DNA of 64,000 nucleotides from Calcarisporiella thermophila CBS 279.70 (GCF_041956535.1 NW_027192191.1:879443-943442); one strand, 5' to 3'. Shown: positions 13,658 through 26,369, counted from the first letter of the stretch. A program made the numbers and translations. Notes: generated from the sequence alone by a model not told the origin.

Positions 13658-15712
13658 ATGGCTGGTTTATTCACTGGGATCTTGAAGGGTATTGCGGAAG
13701 CTGTGGATGACTACTCACGAAAACAACAAGCATCTTGTCAATCAACGCTATCGAAAGGAAGCACTTCTTGCAGACCGTGTACTTCTTCTAAACACACTAA
13801 TAAAGAATCCGGCCCCTCAAAATCTTCTTTTTCAACTCCATGCCAAGGAAGCAATTACAGTCGCCTTGTATGTATAGATGCTCAGGGCAGCCTTACGTAT
13901 CGGCCCTTTAATGATCAGGGCGACTGCATTCCCGATTTTTCGTGTGTTGGGTATAAGGGTGGATCAGAACCAATTCCCGATGATATACCAGCTCTAGCTC
14001 GATTATCTCCCTCCTCTGAAGATGCAGATGACACGTCCCGGATTCAAGAAGTCATTGACGACATTTCAAGACGTCATCCTCTCGAAAATGGATTTCGCGG
14101 AGCAATAGTACTCGAAGAGGGCACTTTTCGCATTTCTCGAACCTTGAATATCCGTGCAAGTGGCATTGTTATACGTGGTACAGCGCAAGGAAAGGGAACC
14201 CAGATTATTGCCAATGTAAACCCATGGGAGAATCAGTTTTTAGTAGTCTTTCGGGGAAAACCACATGAGAGAGTAAGCAACACTCAAGCTGAGATTCTCG
14301 GGCGGGTCCCTGTGGGTGCACGAGTACTATCGGTGAAGAAGATGAGATACCGAGTGGGGGACCAAGTTGTTGTTACCATAACAACTAATAAACACTGGGT
14401 GAGCACGATAGGAATGGATCGTATTCCTACCAAAAAATCTAATGTTAAACAATGGTCGCCTATGCGTTTCGAGGCATTTCGCACCTTGATTGGTATCGAT
14501 CCTACCCACGGCACAATCACCCTGGATGCCCCTCTTACTATGGCCATTGATCCAGAGTTCGGCGGTGGCCATGTTCAGCTCGTGAAATCGTCCCGCCTTT
14601 CTCACGTTGGCATTGAGGACATTCATTTTCTGTGCCCAATAAATGAGGGTAGGCGCAAAGAGGATTTGAAGGAGATTCCCAAAGAACGAAATGGAGACTA
14701 TCGGTTTGCGTCTGAAATGTTTTTGAATTATGTATTACGATTTGAGCATGTAGAGAATGCTTGGGCGAAAGGAGTAAATAGGTAAGTACTCTACTCACGA
14801 TTGCATCTGGTCACACTCTTCTAAATCTTGGTACAGCACATGGTTCCATAACCATATTAGCATTGGTATTGGGTCCAAAAATCTTACCCTCCAGGTACGC
14901 TCAATCTATTAACACATACATCCACATACTCGGATACTTATTTCCTATTTTATGCAGGGATGTCATCACTACTACCCCAATGGCCTCGCATTTTATAGCG
15001 GCCAGTCTTGCTATCAACTTGATGGACAGCTTTGCCTGCTAACTGACTGTCACTCTGATAACTCCTTCCATAACTTCGTATATATGGGTCGCGTGCCTGG
15101 ACCCAACGTGGTTCATCGATGCTCGGCTACCGGTCCCGGTGATTCCGGGCCACATATGCGCTGGTGTGAGTATCTTTCGACTTTTTATTATAAATTGCAA
15201 TGAAAGTTAACATTTTATTTAAATATTTACCCGATGATAGCTACGGGACAGCTCTATGATTGTAAATATTAAATGCTAATAGGAAGACTTTGAAAAAAAA
15301 AATCGCTCAATGTTTTTTGGTGTAGGCTGTAAATTTGATGGAACGCTTTTGATCCAAGATAGAAAAGATATGGGGACAGGTACGATAGATATATTATTAA
15401 TATGCTAGATGCTAACTATTTTCATATGCTCAGGACATGGTTGGTCAGGTGCCAATTGTGTAGTGTGGAACTGCACTGTAAAAAATGGGATTATTGTGCA
15501 GAAACCCCCGACGGCACAGAATTTTGCTAGTAATTTTTTTTTCTTGGTTCTCCATCATAATGAGATTCATTTTTTACCTGATTATAGTCGGAAGCACCGA
15601 CCGTTTCGCAAAGCCAGTAGTACCCTCACATGAACGTGGGTGGTGGGAACTTGCGGGAGTGAATGTATCGCCACAGAGCTTATATGAAGCTCAATTGAGA
15701 AACAGGAAGTAA
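13658..15712 (+). CDS. Pectin-lyase-fold (right-handed beta-helix) protein resembling bacterial polysaccharide-lyase-like proteins; about 7 exons
   Basis: IPDFSCVGYKGG, DDTSRIQEVID...GAIVLEEGTFRI...SGIVIRG (Pectate_lyase_3-like start). The spliced C-terminus reads GPHMRWSTGQLYD...DRKDMGTGHGWSGANCVVWNC...PPTAQNFA...PQSLYEAQL. Confidence 0.7.
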
Positions 15713-16060
15713 CGCTATTGAAAATTCCATTTTGAATATATTCAATTGTATATGGAGGACTCTACCTGACATATATTCAAATTTTTTATTTCTATTCTGT
15801 GTTCTTTATTACTTGAAGCTTAATCTGTTATCACATCAATTTTCACCACAACAGTGTTTTCAGAGGTTGGCTTTGAATGTGATTCCATTAGAAAAAACTA
15901 GAATAAATTCTGCTAGAAATGCAATCAAGAAATTTGGAATTCCGCGACGCGTTATATTTTCATTTTCTGAATCTTCTCCGCACGTCCCATTTTCAATTCT
16001 ATATTCACACGAAACATTTTCTGTGGCAATCGACTGAATAGAACGATAACAACTGTTCCT

Positions 16061-17293
16061 ATGAACCCTTCAAAGAACGAGGTGTTAATGGAGGATGCTT
16101 GCGATGAGGAGATAAGAAGAGCGGTGAAGAAGGCAGGATCAGAATTCATGGTCAAGTAAGTATCAATTAAGATTTTACGCGTTTTATGCTAGCCATGCCT
16201 TTCCATCTCTCTTTTTTTGCACTAATTACTTTTATTTGTATTCTTTTCTCTAGTATTCCCAATGTCTCTACACCATTATCCATGAAAAGGTTCGAAATCG
16301 GCAAATCGCTTGGAAGAGGAAAATTCGGAAGAGTTTATATAGCACGCGAGAAAACCACTGGTTTTGTTGTTGCACTCAAGGTGCTTTTCTTGAATGAACT
16401 AAGATCATCTCGCGTGGAAAATCAGTTGCAACGCGAGATTGACATCCAATCTAGACTAAGGTAAACCATATAGTTAGCCACTGTTCTCTTAGTGTAGACA
16501 AAGTGTTATATATCATTTTCACCATAGACATCCCAATATCCTACGACTCTATGGTTATTTCTTGGACGAAACCCGTGTCTATTTAGTGCTAGAATATGCA
16601 CTTAGTGGTGAACTTTATCGGCACTTGAGGCAGTACAATAAGTTTCCGGAATCGCGAGCCTCCAGGGTAAATATCTTAACAATCCGGATCATTTTCCAAT
16701 CCTTTAATACATTTCCAAATTATCAAATGTAGTACATTGATCAAATGGCCAGCGCGCTCGCGTATCTCCACAAGAAACACGTAATCCATCGTGATATTAA
16801 GCCGGAGAACTTGCTTATAGGCGCTCGTGGTGAGCTCAAGGTCGCTGATTTCGGCTGGTCCGTGCATGCACCTAATACCCGACGAACGACGCTGTGCGGC
16901 ACTCTCGATTACCTACCTCCTGAGATGGTAGAAGGAAAAGACCATAACGAAAAGGTGGACTTGTGGAGCTTGGGAGTGCTTTGCTATGAATTTCTAGTTG
17001 GTGTGCCACCATTTGAGGACCTGAGCGGACAGACCGCCACCTATAAGCGGATTGCCCGTGTTGACCTAAAGATCCCTGACTATGTAAGCCCCGAGGCAAA
17101 AGATCTAATAACAAAAGTAAGTGCTTTTCCAGCTCGGCAGTTTTTGCGTACCCGGTTTAATACTCTATCCATACAGCTTCTACAGCACAATCCTGAGAAT
17201 CGCCTCCCTCTAGAGCAGCTTGTGCGGCACCCATGGATCGTGAGATATAGAGAAACAAACATCCCAACCCCTCCTCCAGATTCCGACTACTGA
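16061..17293 (+). CDS. IPL1: Aurora kinase
   Basis: [33 protein letters not shown] and [16 protein letters not shown] are Aurora signatures. Multi-exon; the start at 16061 is inferred from splice phase. Confidence 0.92.
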
Positions 17294-17637
17294 CTGGAGT
17301 GTGACTATGGAATAGATAATACTTTATAATTAATATTTCCCTTTACTCTCCATTTCCACATCATTTTCTGCCTTGAATAGTTACCTCTAACTTTTCTGTG
17401 TAATACATATATTTACTGCATTTTCTGATGAAAACGAAATTGCATGGAAACGTGATAAGCCACGAAATCTTGTCTTCTATTTCCCCGCGAACTACATCCC
17501 TAGTCGGCACCTATAAAATTCCACAATAGATCAACATCTTTTGCAAATAAGACGACAATATTTTTAGCATAATTTCATAAAGTGACTCGGTTTATATCAA
17601 CTCCTCTTCTTGATAATCCATAAAAGCGAAGCGATCT

Positions 17638-20600
17638 ATGGGGGGACAGCAATCCAAGCTGGCATTTCGGAGGGGGTTTTTTCGCCTATTTGAAGAAAGG
17701 GTATGTCGTGATATGAGAGTGCGCGATTAGCACTTTCTCAGCAGATAGTCTGACATTTTTATTTCTCTGCCATCGCTTTAGAATATCCCCCCGACTGCAG
17801 ACGAGTATTGGACGCAGGTTGGACATTCTTGCAATTCTTTATTTTTTCCCTTAGATTTATTGAAATTTTGCCCGTGTTGTGAACACGAATATTATACTTG
17901 ACAGTTTTGGACACTTCCAGAATCGGCTGATGATGTTTTTTCACTCATCACGCCCTCTGACATTCGGCGTACTCGTGACACAGCTCCTGAGAATCTCGAA
18001 ACTCTAATTCAAAAAGTAAGCCTGCAACATCGAGTTTACATTAATCGTGTATTTGAATTTAGTATGACATATGGATACTCTCTAGGTTACTGGTCGCATG
18101 TTTGAGCTGCTCCAATCCAATGACTTTCCATCTCCATTGAAGCCTGTATCTCATATGCTAAACTGCATTCGCATTACTACGCGACTTATGCCCTTTATTT
18201 TCGAAGCCGAGCAGTTGGAAGAATGGGAGGAGCGAGTTTTTTGGCGGGAAGAAAGAATTCCAATAAAGACTTCCGGAAGGGGCAAGAATAAAGTCTCGGA
18301 GAAGGTTGAAATAGAATCTCTTCACAGAGATGCATGGACTAATCGCATTTTCTTCCTTTTTTCCAGGATGGAGAACAGCAAATGATAACGCTACCTCCGC
18401 TTGCCAAACGGCTACTTCAAGGTAGAGAGCTATTGCCATATAAATTCGCGTAATACAAAAAAGAAACTTATCTATTGTCATGATTATAGCTGCCGTTGAT
18501 TTACTCTTTTTCTGCGGGTTCACTATTCCAGTTGGCATCTCCTCAGAATCACGTATCAACTACGCAATATGGGAGACCGGAGTTGGCTCTTCTACTCCAA
18601 TTGGTACATCAAAAGATCTGGATGCACATAAAACGGAGACCCTGCGGTTCTTGCTAGTGCTATTGTCCAAATCCATGTATTTCCCACCAGGGGTCAGCAC
18701 TCATAAAGAAAATCGCTGGACACACTTCTTAGTGTCCGAGTTGGAACGTAAAGCGGTGCTTGCTGTGCTCTGCAGTTTAGTCAACACATCGATAAAATAC
18801 AATCCCCTCGCCTGGAGAATTCCGTATAACCACGTAGTACTTTCTGACCCTAGGGAAATACAGGTTACATTATGTCTACAGGTTCTGCTCGTGTTGCTTG
18901 ACTACCAGTCGCCGGCGATTTATCTTCTGCAACAAGCTGAGGAACAAGAAAAACGGCAACCCCCTCAATCACCTATTAGTTGCCGCGAGCCTTCTACAGT
19001 TCTCCAGCAGTATAGTATTAGCGAAGCCGGTTCCTCCTCTGCCAGTCTTCCTTTGGATCAAGCATCCTCTTCACCGCGATCGGCCCAGTCACCTGAATCC
19101 CATACAATAGATGAGCGTACTCTGGCTAACTCCAACCAGTTCCGCTTTTATTTGAGCAAGTTGCATCGTGCGCAAGACTTCCAGTTCCTTATTGATGGAA
19201 TCTATCGAATACTTAGCAACCCAATGCAGGCGAGTAGCGCTTACCTTCCAGGTTCAACAAAACCGATACGATGCTATCAAGAGATGATGATGCTGTGTTG
19301 GAAAATTCTTGAGATTAACAAGGTATTTTCGTTCTAACCCCCTAGTTTGCTTCCCCACGAGGCATACTCACAAAGTTCAAACATCTAGAGATTCCGCAAC
19401 TATCTGCTGGAAACCGATCGTGTCCTAGATATTGTAGTAGTGCTTTTGTACTATGCGTTAGATAACAAACTCGATCCAGCACAAATTGGCCTTGTTCGAA
19501 TGTGCACGTTTATGCTACAGACGATATCGGCGGATCGCAGCTTTGGTTCGAAACTCAACAAATCCTTTGAAGGCCACTCCTCGCTCCCCTCTAGCCTGCG
19601 TATCTCTGCTTTCCAGGGGACATATGCAGATTTCTTGATCATTGTAAATAATATCTATGTTTTCTCTCCCTCATAATGAGTAACTAACACAGCGTCCTGT
19701 TTTCTGTAGTCAATCTACAATCTGATAGCCACCACTAAAGGCACTCTTCATTCGCTCTACCCCGCGCTAATCCATACTATCACCAACATCTCACCCTACG
19801 TTAAAAATGTACCGGCTATCTGCGCAAATCGACTTGTTGCACTCTTCTCCCACTTCTCCTCTCCTGTATTTCTGTTTGCCGATGAGAACAATCATCGGAT
19901 AACACGCTATCTTTTAGATACACTCTCCTATATTGTCGAATACCAGTTTTCTGACAACCCGCATATTGTGTACGCGATTGTGCGATCCCATGCCAAATTC
20001 CAAAATCTGGCCAACATGACCTTTGAGAGCGCTGTGGCAGAAATCGAGAGAATCAAAGCCGCCAAAGAAGAAAAGGAAGCGGAGCGGAACCGGGCGCGAC
20101 AGACCGACTTGGGATCGCCGAGAATAAGAAGTACCCCCGAGGCAGGGAGCACTCAGCCACTACTGAATAGTGATACTCAGGCAGACGACTCAGAAAATGA
20201 AGAGAAAAGCTTCCCAAGCAACAGGCCCTCTGAGGACCTACAACAGGACGGAGAAACAGAAAGAAAAGAAAACGAGAATGAACCTGAGCCTGCTCAAGAG
20301 GAATCTATGTCCGCCAAAGCGCGCGGCAAACTTCCCGAAGGAGTCAATGCTCGTCAATTACGTGAGAACTCTCGAGCCAACTCTTCCACGTCCCTAGCCT
20401 CCTTGACCATCGGCTCATTTCCACCCGCAAAACCCGGCTTCATCCCGACCGAATCCTGGTTCATATCTTGGCACAGTGAACTTCCCCTTGGCACACTTTT
20501 GACCATGATTGAGCATCTCCTCCCCAGATTCGCCGATCTTGCCTCCGGTCAACGGGATCAACAGCGAGTGCTGGATTTCCTGAAAAAGACCACCATTCTC

Positions 20601-20894
20601 GTTGGTCTCTTGCCCACGCACCCCATAGAATTGCACGCTTTTCGATGGAGTGAAGGGCTCGTGACGTGGTCACGAAGTACGCTGTGGGGACAAGTGTATG
20701 TAGCCGGGCGGAATCCGCTGGGTGTTTGGAACGGAACCAATGTGCGGCTCTTCCATGTGAAGGCGCCGGCCACTCCGCCTGCTCAACCAAGAAGGGTCAG
20801 TGCTAATACAGCCAATTCGGGTGAAACATCACCGGCGCGAGGCATTTCAAGCCCTCAGAGTAGACGATCCTCCAGCAGTACTGCACGCACTTGA
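17638..20894 (+). CDS. HID1: HID1/Ecm30 family Golgi protein
   Basis: MGGQQSKLAFRRG N-terminus (myristoylation-type), LNCIRITTRLMPFIFE, IWETGVG, YLSKLHRAQDFQFL and WNGTNVRLF. Confidence 0.88.
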
Positions 20895-21553
20895 GTTGGG
20901 ACACTTGTATGGATAGTCTAGGTTCTTTTTTTTGCTTTTTTTTTTTTGTGCGTTGGTACACAATTTCTTCTGCTATTTCATCCTAAATGGTTTGTCTGAA
21001 CTGATCCACAAAATAAACTAGATACAAACTGCAATTTTCTGGCAAATAGGGCTCACACTGTTTCCTCAGTAAAATAGAAATACTGGATAAAACTAATAAA
21101 GTCTTTGTAGTACCATAGATTTTATAGACTATTATGTCTCCCCAAGAGAATAAATACTCAGTTCTTAAGTGCCACATGCTGTACTTCAGATTAGATGAAC
21201 GTCCATTCATACTACCCCTCAATTATTCTTAACCTTTATTTTGACTCAAATTGATCTGTGATTTCGTTAGTTAACCCTCGTCAAAGTATCCAAATCGATA
21301 TTTTGAAGTAAACATCCTGAGCTCCTTCAGAATTAATGAATTGGTTTGGGCAAATCTTTATCAACATATCCAGAGATATAGAGGTAGAAGAGTTGTCGAT
21401 TTTACTCGAGCTTATCTATAAACTATTTCTATAACACACTTGTGCTTTACTTATGTTTACAAATGAAAATATATTTAGATACTTGGAACATAATAACAAC
21501 CTGAAAACTTCAACAGATAATTCATAACCCATATTGCATGCTCCAATTGGCCA

Positions 21554-22609
21554 CTAGTTGGGAGGATGCTGCCCTATGTGATGCTGTCCACCAAAGTAAT
21601 GGATGCCACCTTGGGAGTTAAAATTGCCGGTGTTGACGTATCCGCCATTTGAGGCAGTGATACTGCCATAGTTATTAGAAACCTGAGACACTGTTACTGG
21701 CGGAGGGGCAGGCGCTTGGCTTATCTGCTTTTCGTCGACTTTAAATTCGTCGGCATCTTTAATATATTCGAGAGATTTTTCGGTGTGGCCGCCATTATAA
21801 TAACCGACAGGGAATTTGCTCAAGAAACGATAGTCGAAATAGGGGTGCTGTTTTCTACCCGTTTTCTCCTCTACATATTTCCTACATGCTTCCGCCCAAT
21901 CGTGAATATATACATAGCCTTCCTGGTTTTTCTCCTGGCCCCAACCCGACAATGCCGCAACTAAGCCCATGGTAAATGCGCTATACCGCTTTACGGCCGA
22001 GCCAACCTCCCTTCCGCGATATCCAGTCCAGGAGCGCTCATTTGCTCGCGACGACGACAAAACCGCAATTCCTTCCCCGGAGCCCAGCTTTTTGATTTGT
22101 TCATCGGAGAGAACTGCTTGGCTCAAGCCTAGCGGCTCCTCTTTTTTGCCACCGAGAGCCAGAAGCTCAGGAACAACTCCGCCAGCGAAACAGCAATTCA
22201 GTAGCAATATCCTCTTTCGAGCGGGGATATCGTTGATTCGATAGAAAAGATCGTCTCCGGATATAGCATTCTCTTCCAACTCCTCATCAGCGCGTAAACC
22301 AGCTGGAACAAGATACACATGAGAGTTATCGTGTGTCACACCGTGGCCGGAGAAAAAGAAAAGCACGGTCGATTGTTCATTTGTGCATCTAGACAGTTCC
22401 TTCAATGCGCCAAGTATATTTTTTCGGGTTGCCTTATCTCCCGTGAGTAATTTGACCTGGTTCTCTGGGTACGCGCAGCGCGACTTATTAGTTAGTGTAT
22501 TGTATAGCAATTCCGCGTCGTTAATGGTGCTCTCGTAGCTTTGTTGCACCTTACCGCGTTCGTCGGTGCCGGTGCCAATGAGGAGTGCGTAAGCGTCTTT
22601 AAATTCCAT
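21554..22609 (-). CDS. Caspase-like cysteine peptidase (Peptidase C14, bacterial/orthocaspase type), intronless, with a C-terminal N/G/Q-rich tail
   Basis: AYALLIG beta strand, ATRKNIL, catalytic His in FFFSGHG, catalytic Cys in LLLNCCFAGG, and p10-like SAFTMGLVAAL and KQHP. Single open 351-aa ORF. Confidence 0.88.
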   Translation of the reverse strand: MEFKDAYALLIGTGTDERGKVQQSYESTINDAELLYNTLTNKSRCAYPENQVKLLTGDKATRKNILGALKELSRCTNEQSTVLFFFSGHGVTHDNSHVYLVPAGLRADEELEENAISGDDLFYRINDIPARKRILLLNCCFAGGVVPELLALGGKKEEPLGLSQAVLSDEQIKKLGSGEGIAVLSSSRANERSWTGYRGREVGSAVKRYSAFTMGLVAALSGWGQEKNQEGYVYIHDWAEACRKYVEEKTGRKQHPYFDYRFLSKFPVGYYNGGHTEKSLEYIKDADEFKVDEKQISQAPAPPPVTVSQVSNNYGSITASNGGYVNTGNFNSQGGIHYFGGQHHIGQHPPN

Positions 22610-23252
22610 ACGAAAAGAACAAAATTAGTACTGTACTTGTTCCTTGAAGCAACATATTTAAGGACTGAGGAAGGTTGGGGCTTGGAAAGTTTAACTTTAA
22701 TATCTTGGAGCAAGATGCTGCACTGAGGGTGGATTGAGTGGCTACTTCGCACAATCCAGCCAATCCTTGTTTATAGCCTCCATCAATTAAAATAAGCTGT
22801 TTTCCATGGACCCTCGAATTTTGGGTGGCGACCATCTCAACGCGACAACAATCCTGTATATTTTGTGTGCGTATTAGCATTAAGCGGTTTTGCGTCAATG
22901 GGCATATCAAGCGCTTTTCTGAAAATTCTGCATGAGAATAAATATGGGCCGCCAACCTCCTTTGCTACAGAATATCAGTGTCAGTGAAAAACTTGATCAA
23001 ATTTTCTAATATGAAAAGTTATTCTGAAGCTCTCAAAGTTGTAAAGGATCAGAAGACTTCGATATCTAATATCTATATAATATCTAATATCTAATGACAT
23101 GAACTTATCTGTCTAGTAATCGTCAATATGTATTTCAATATGAGTACTGAGTACAGCAAAAGCCCGTAATTTATCACCTAGCAGAACTATAAGAAAATGA
23201 ATAAGCAGTAAAATAAAAAAAAAAACAGGTAACAGGGGGACATCATCATCAA

Positions 23253-23290
23253 CGACTCTGCCGTATTACGACCGTAATACGGCAGAGTCG
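23253..23290. repeat. Perfect 18-bp inverted repeat (hairpin) with 2-nt spacer, followed by CTAG
   Basis: cgactctgccgtattacg-ac-cgtaatacggcagagtcg, then ctag at 23291-23294. Confidence 0.95.
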
Positions 23291-23763
23291 CTAGAAGTCG
23301 CATTGGTCACGCCACTCGAATAACGGTTAGAAATCTCGGAGACCGCGCAATTGCAGCCAGCGTGCTTGCCAATAAAGGTGCTCCACGATAGCATGGTGCT
23401 GTGACCAAAACGGGTTTCCATTTCTTAGCCGTACAAAGAAAGATGATGGATGTGCGTCAAGCCAGCACTTGCGATCATGAAGGATAACCGTGGTGTGGCA
23501 CTTTCATGGTAGTTGGTCTTTTAAAATGATACGCCTCCTCTAAGCACTACAGCATTGGCGATGGAGTGATCTCAAAGATGATGCACTTCAACCAAAGGAA
23601 AGACAGTTGCGGCCCGTAGCGGATAACGCTATTCCAAAAACCCAAGGTTATTTGTCCAGCGTGGCGTCCTGCCAAACGATTTGTTGGGGACGCCACTGCG
23701 TCATTAGTTCCGGTGCAACGTCGCCGCTCCTGGCTGCACTCGAGCACGTCCATCCACGTTGTC

Positions 23764-26369
23764 ATGAAGTCCGTAGCCCCACGCATCTCCCCTCAGTCAC
23801 GCTCGTGCGTCGCAGTTCACTCCGGCCGTGCGCCACTCTCGCACCCTGCACACTGTGCATAATCGCCATACACAGTGTGCAAATCGAGCGACCTAACCTG
23901 CCAGCCTGCCTTATCATCTTTCTCCAACTTTGTGCACAGGTTCATGATCGGGGACCTACCGGTCCTCTTCCCTACGACGCCATTTACCCCGAGCAGTACG
24001 CGTACATGTGCGACCTGAAACGCACGCTCGACATCAATGTAAGCCGGAGACCCTTACTTCTTCGCCGGGTTTCGGCAGCCAATTTAGCGTGTTTTCTGTG
24101 CTCACTACCGCGTCGCGTTGTTTCACGTATTGGCGCCTCGCGAACCCCTGCCACCTGCACCCGACTATCCTAACCCGTGCCATGAACTGGAGCGCTCATC
24201 GCGTTGGTATGCCACGCTTGCGCCACATAGGGCCACTGCCTGCTGGAAATGCCCTCGGGAACGGGCAAGACCGTGTCGCTGCTGTCACTCATCATAACCT
24301 ACCAACAGCACTACCCGGAGAAGCGCAAGCTCGTATACTGCTCGCGAACGGTGCCAGAAATTGAAAAGGCGCTTGCCGAGCTGCGCCGGTTGATGGAGTT
24401 CTGCGCCAAGGAACTGGGCTACGTCGAACCCTTCCTTGGTATCAGTCTGACTAGTCGTCGCAACCTGTGCGTGCATCCCAGCATCAGCCTGGAGAAGAAG
24501 GTTAACGTGGTGGATGCGCGCTGCCGCGCCCTGGTAGCGCAGCAAGGCGTCCATGTCGGCCGATCGAGAAAGTCACCTAAGTCCAACTGTGCTTCCTTGC
24601 AGTGCCTGCCTAGAAGGTGTATTCTATATCCATTGCTAATCCGCAAATAACTGCGTTACTTTGCACTGCTCAATGTATCAGCCACTTGAAGCGTCCGAAA
24701 TTCCCAACGTTCTTCCCAATGGCGTTTACACCTTGATGAACTAAAGCAATTGTAATAGTACTGGAATGTGACCTCGGTTTAATTTCGATACTTTCTTAAT
24801 TTTACTGGTTGTTTTCTAAATTCTTAATTAATTGCTATTGTTATTGTATAAAACGAATTTGTAGGAATTTGGAGTTCGAATTAACTTTTTATTTTCTTTA
24901 TTGGATTTTATAATCTTATTTTCTGAACTTACTATTTCTTACCTTGCTATAATAAATATTAAGTTCGATACTTGGTGTTTATTATAGCAATGCGGCAAGG
25001 AAAATAACATCTGCCCGTACTACTTCTCTCGACGATTGGTAGGTATCGCACGTCTTTGCTAGAGCAGAGTCCCGTTTGTGGCTAGATGATCCAGGAAAAC
25101 AAGACTATGTAGGACGTGTGCGCACTGCACCCTGCAAACACTTGCCACGATAATGCGTGCTTCGCTGCTCCTGCGCAATCTCTTGCTCCTCTGCGCCTTC
25201 CCGTACTCACTTTGCTTTTTTATTTTGCCATCGCCGTGGCCAAAACGACAGCTTCCCTTTGCAAACGTCATCCTCTACAGCTACCATTATCTCCTAAAGT
25301 GGCCAACTCAGTCTCCCGAGAGCTGTCCAAGGATTCTATTGTTGTCTTCAATGAAGCTCACAATATTGGTATGCATTCTGCTAAGCATGCGCTTGGTGCC
25401 AGTATCCAGGCTATTTGCTAGGGCTTGGCGCAGTTCTCGAAATTTGCTGATTTTTGCTGTTGCTAAATACTGCTTGCGACAATCCCCATACCTGCACGTG
25501 GTGAAGACAATGTGTGCATCGAATCGCTTAGCATGGATATCGGCCGATATACGCTTGATGCAAGCTCAAGAAGTATTCAGCAGCTGGCGGAGCGAATACA
25601 AGATTCCGTATTTGCAATTGTGTAGCTTTTTTATACCTTTGCTTTTGCCCTTCGCACCTGCCTAGATGACTGCCGTATGCTTATCACGCTGTGTACGAGA
25701 CTGTTTACTACTTCTGCGTCTCCTGATTCCGACGTATGCAGAGTGAAAGAAAAGGGTGCCGAGAAGCTTAAGGACGAGTACCAGCGCTTGGTTGATGGGC
25801 TGCGAGCCGCTGGCCAAGACTGCGATGAAGGCACCTTTTTGGCTAATCCAGGTTGGTTGGCAATAAGTCACTCCGGCTGCTTCATGCTCCTTGTTTGCAC
25901 ATAGGAGACCAAGCGCGACTGCACGGCCGTAGCTTTTTGTAGCAAGAAATGATACACGTGAACCTGTGCTAATTACCGCATGCAATATTGGATGGCTGCC
26001 CCTTCCCATAGTGCTTCCGGATGGTGTCCTTGAAGAGGCCTTCCCTGGCAACATTCGGCGAGCAGAGCATTTTGTAGCGTTTTTGCAACGATTAGTAGAG
26101 TATTTGAAGGTACGGCAACCTCTCACAACGCCAGTCCGGCCTAAAGTTTGGGCCAGTTGTACGACTGGCCGCTCGTATGTTTGTTAGAAATAGCATTCCA
26201 TTATACCAACTTCCACTGATGCTCTAGAACCTTGGCAATGCACGATGCTCCTTGTTGCGCTACATTACATCCAGACTCGATTGCGGGTACTCAACGTCGT
26301 AGCCGAAACGCCGGCATCATTTCTGCAAAATGTCAAAGATGTCACATACATTGACCGCAAACCGCTGCG
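23764..26369 (+). pseudogene. RAD3: RAD3/XPD (ERCC2) helicase pseudogene, N-terminal half only
   Basis: Spliced reading MK|FMIGDLPVLFPYDAIYPEQYAYMCDLKRTLD, GHCLLEMPSGTGKT (Walker A), [42 protein letters not shown], ending at IDRKPLR. Frameshifts near 23970 and 24733, an element inserted in an exon at 24751, and no downstream exons seen. Confidence 0.9.
24751..24986 (+). mobile_element. 236-bp solo-LTR-like element, copy 1, with 5-bp TSD GCAAT
   Basis: Ends TGTAATA...TATTATA, flanked by gcaat at 24746-50 and 24987-91. Removing it restores XPD DELKQCGKENNICPYYFSRR. Contains AATAAA. Confidence 0.88.

Noticed and set aside
17425-17445. CTGATGA-aaac-GAAA hammerhead-like core
   Set aside because: No stem II and no complementary stem I/III with an NUH site could be found.
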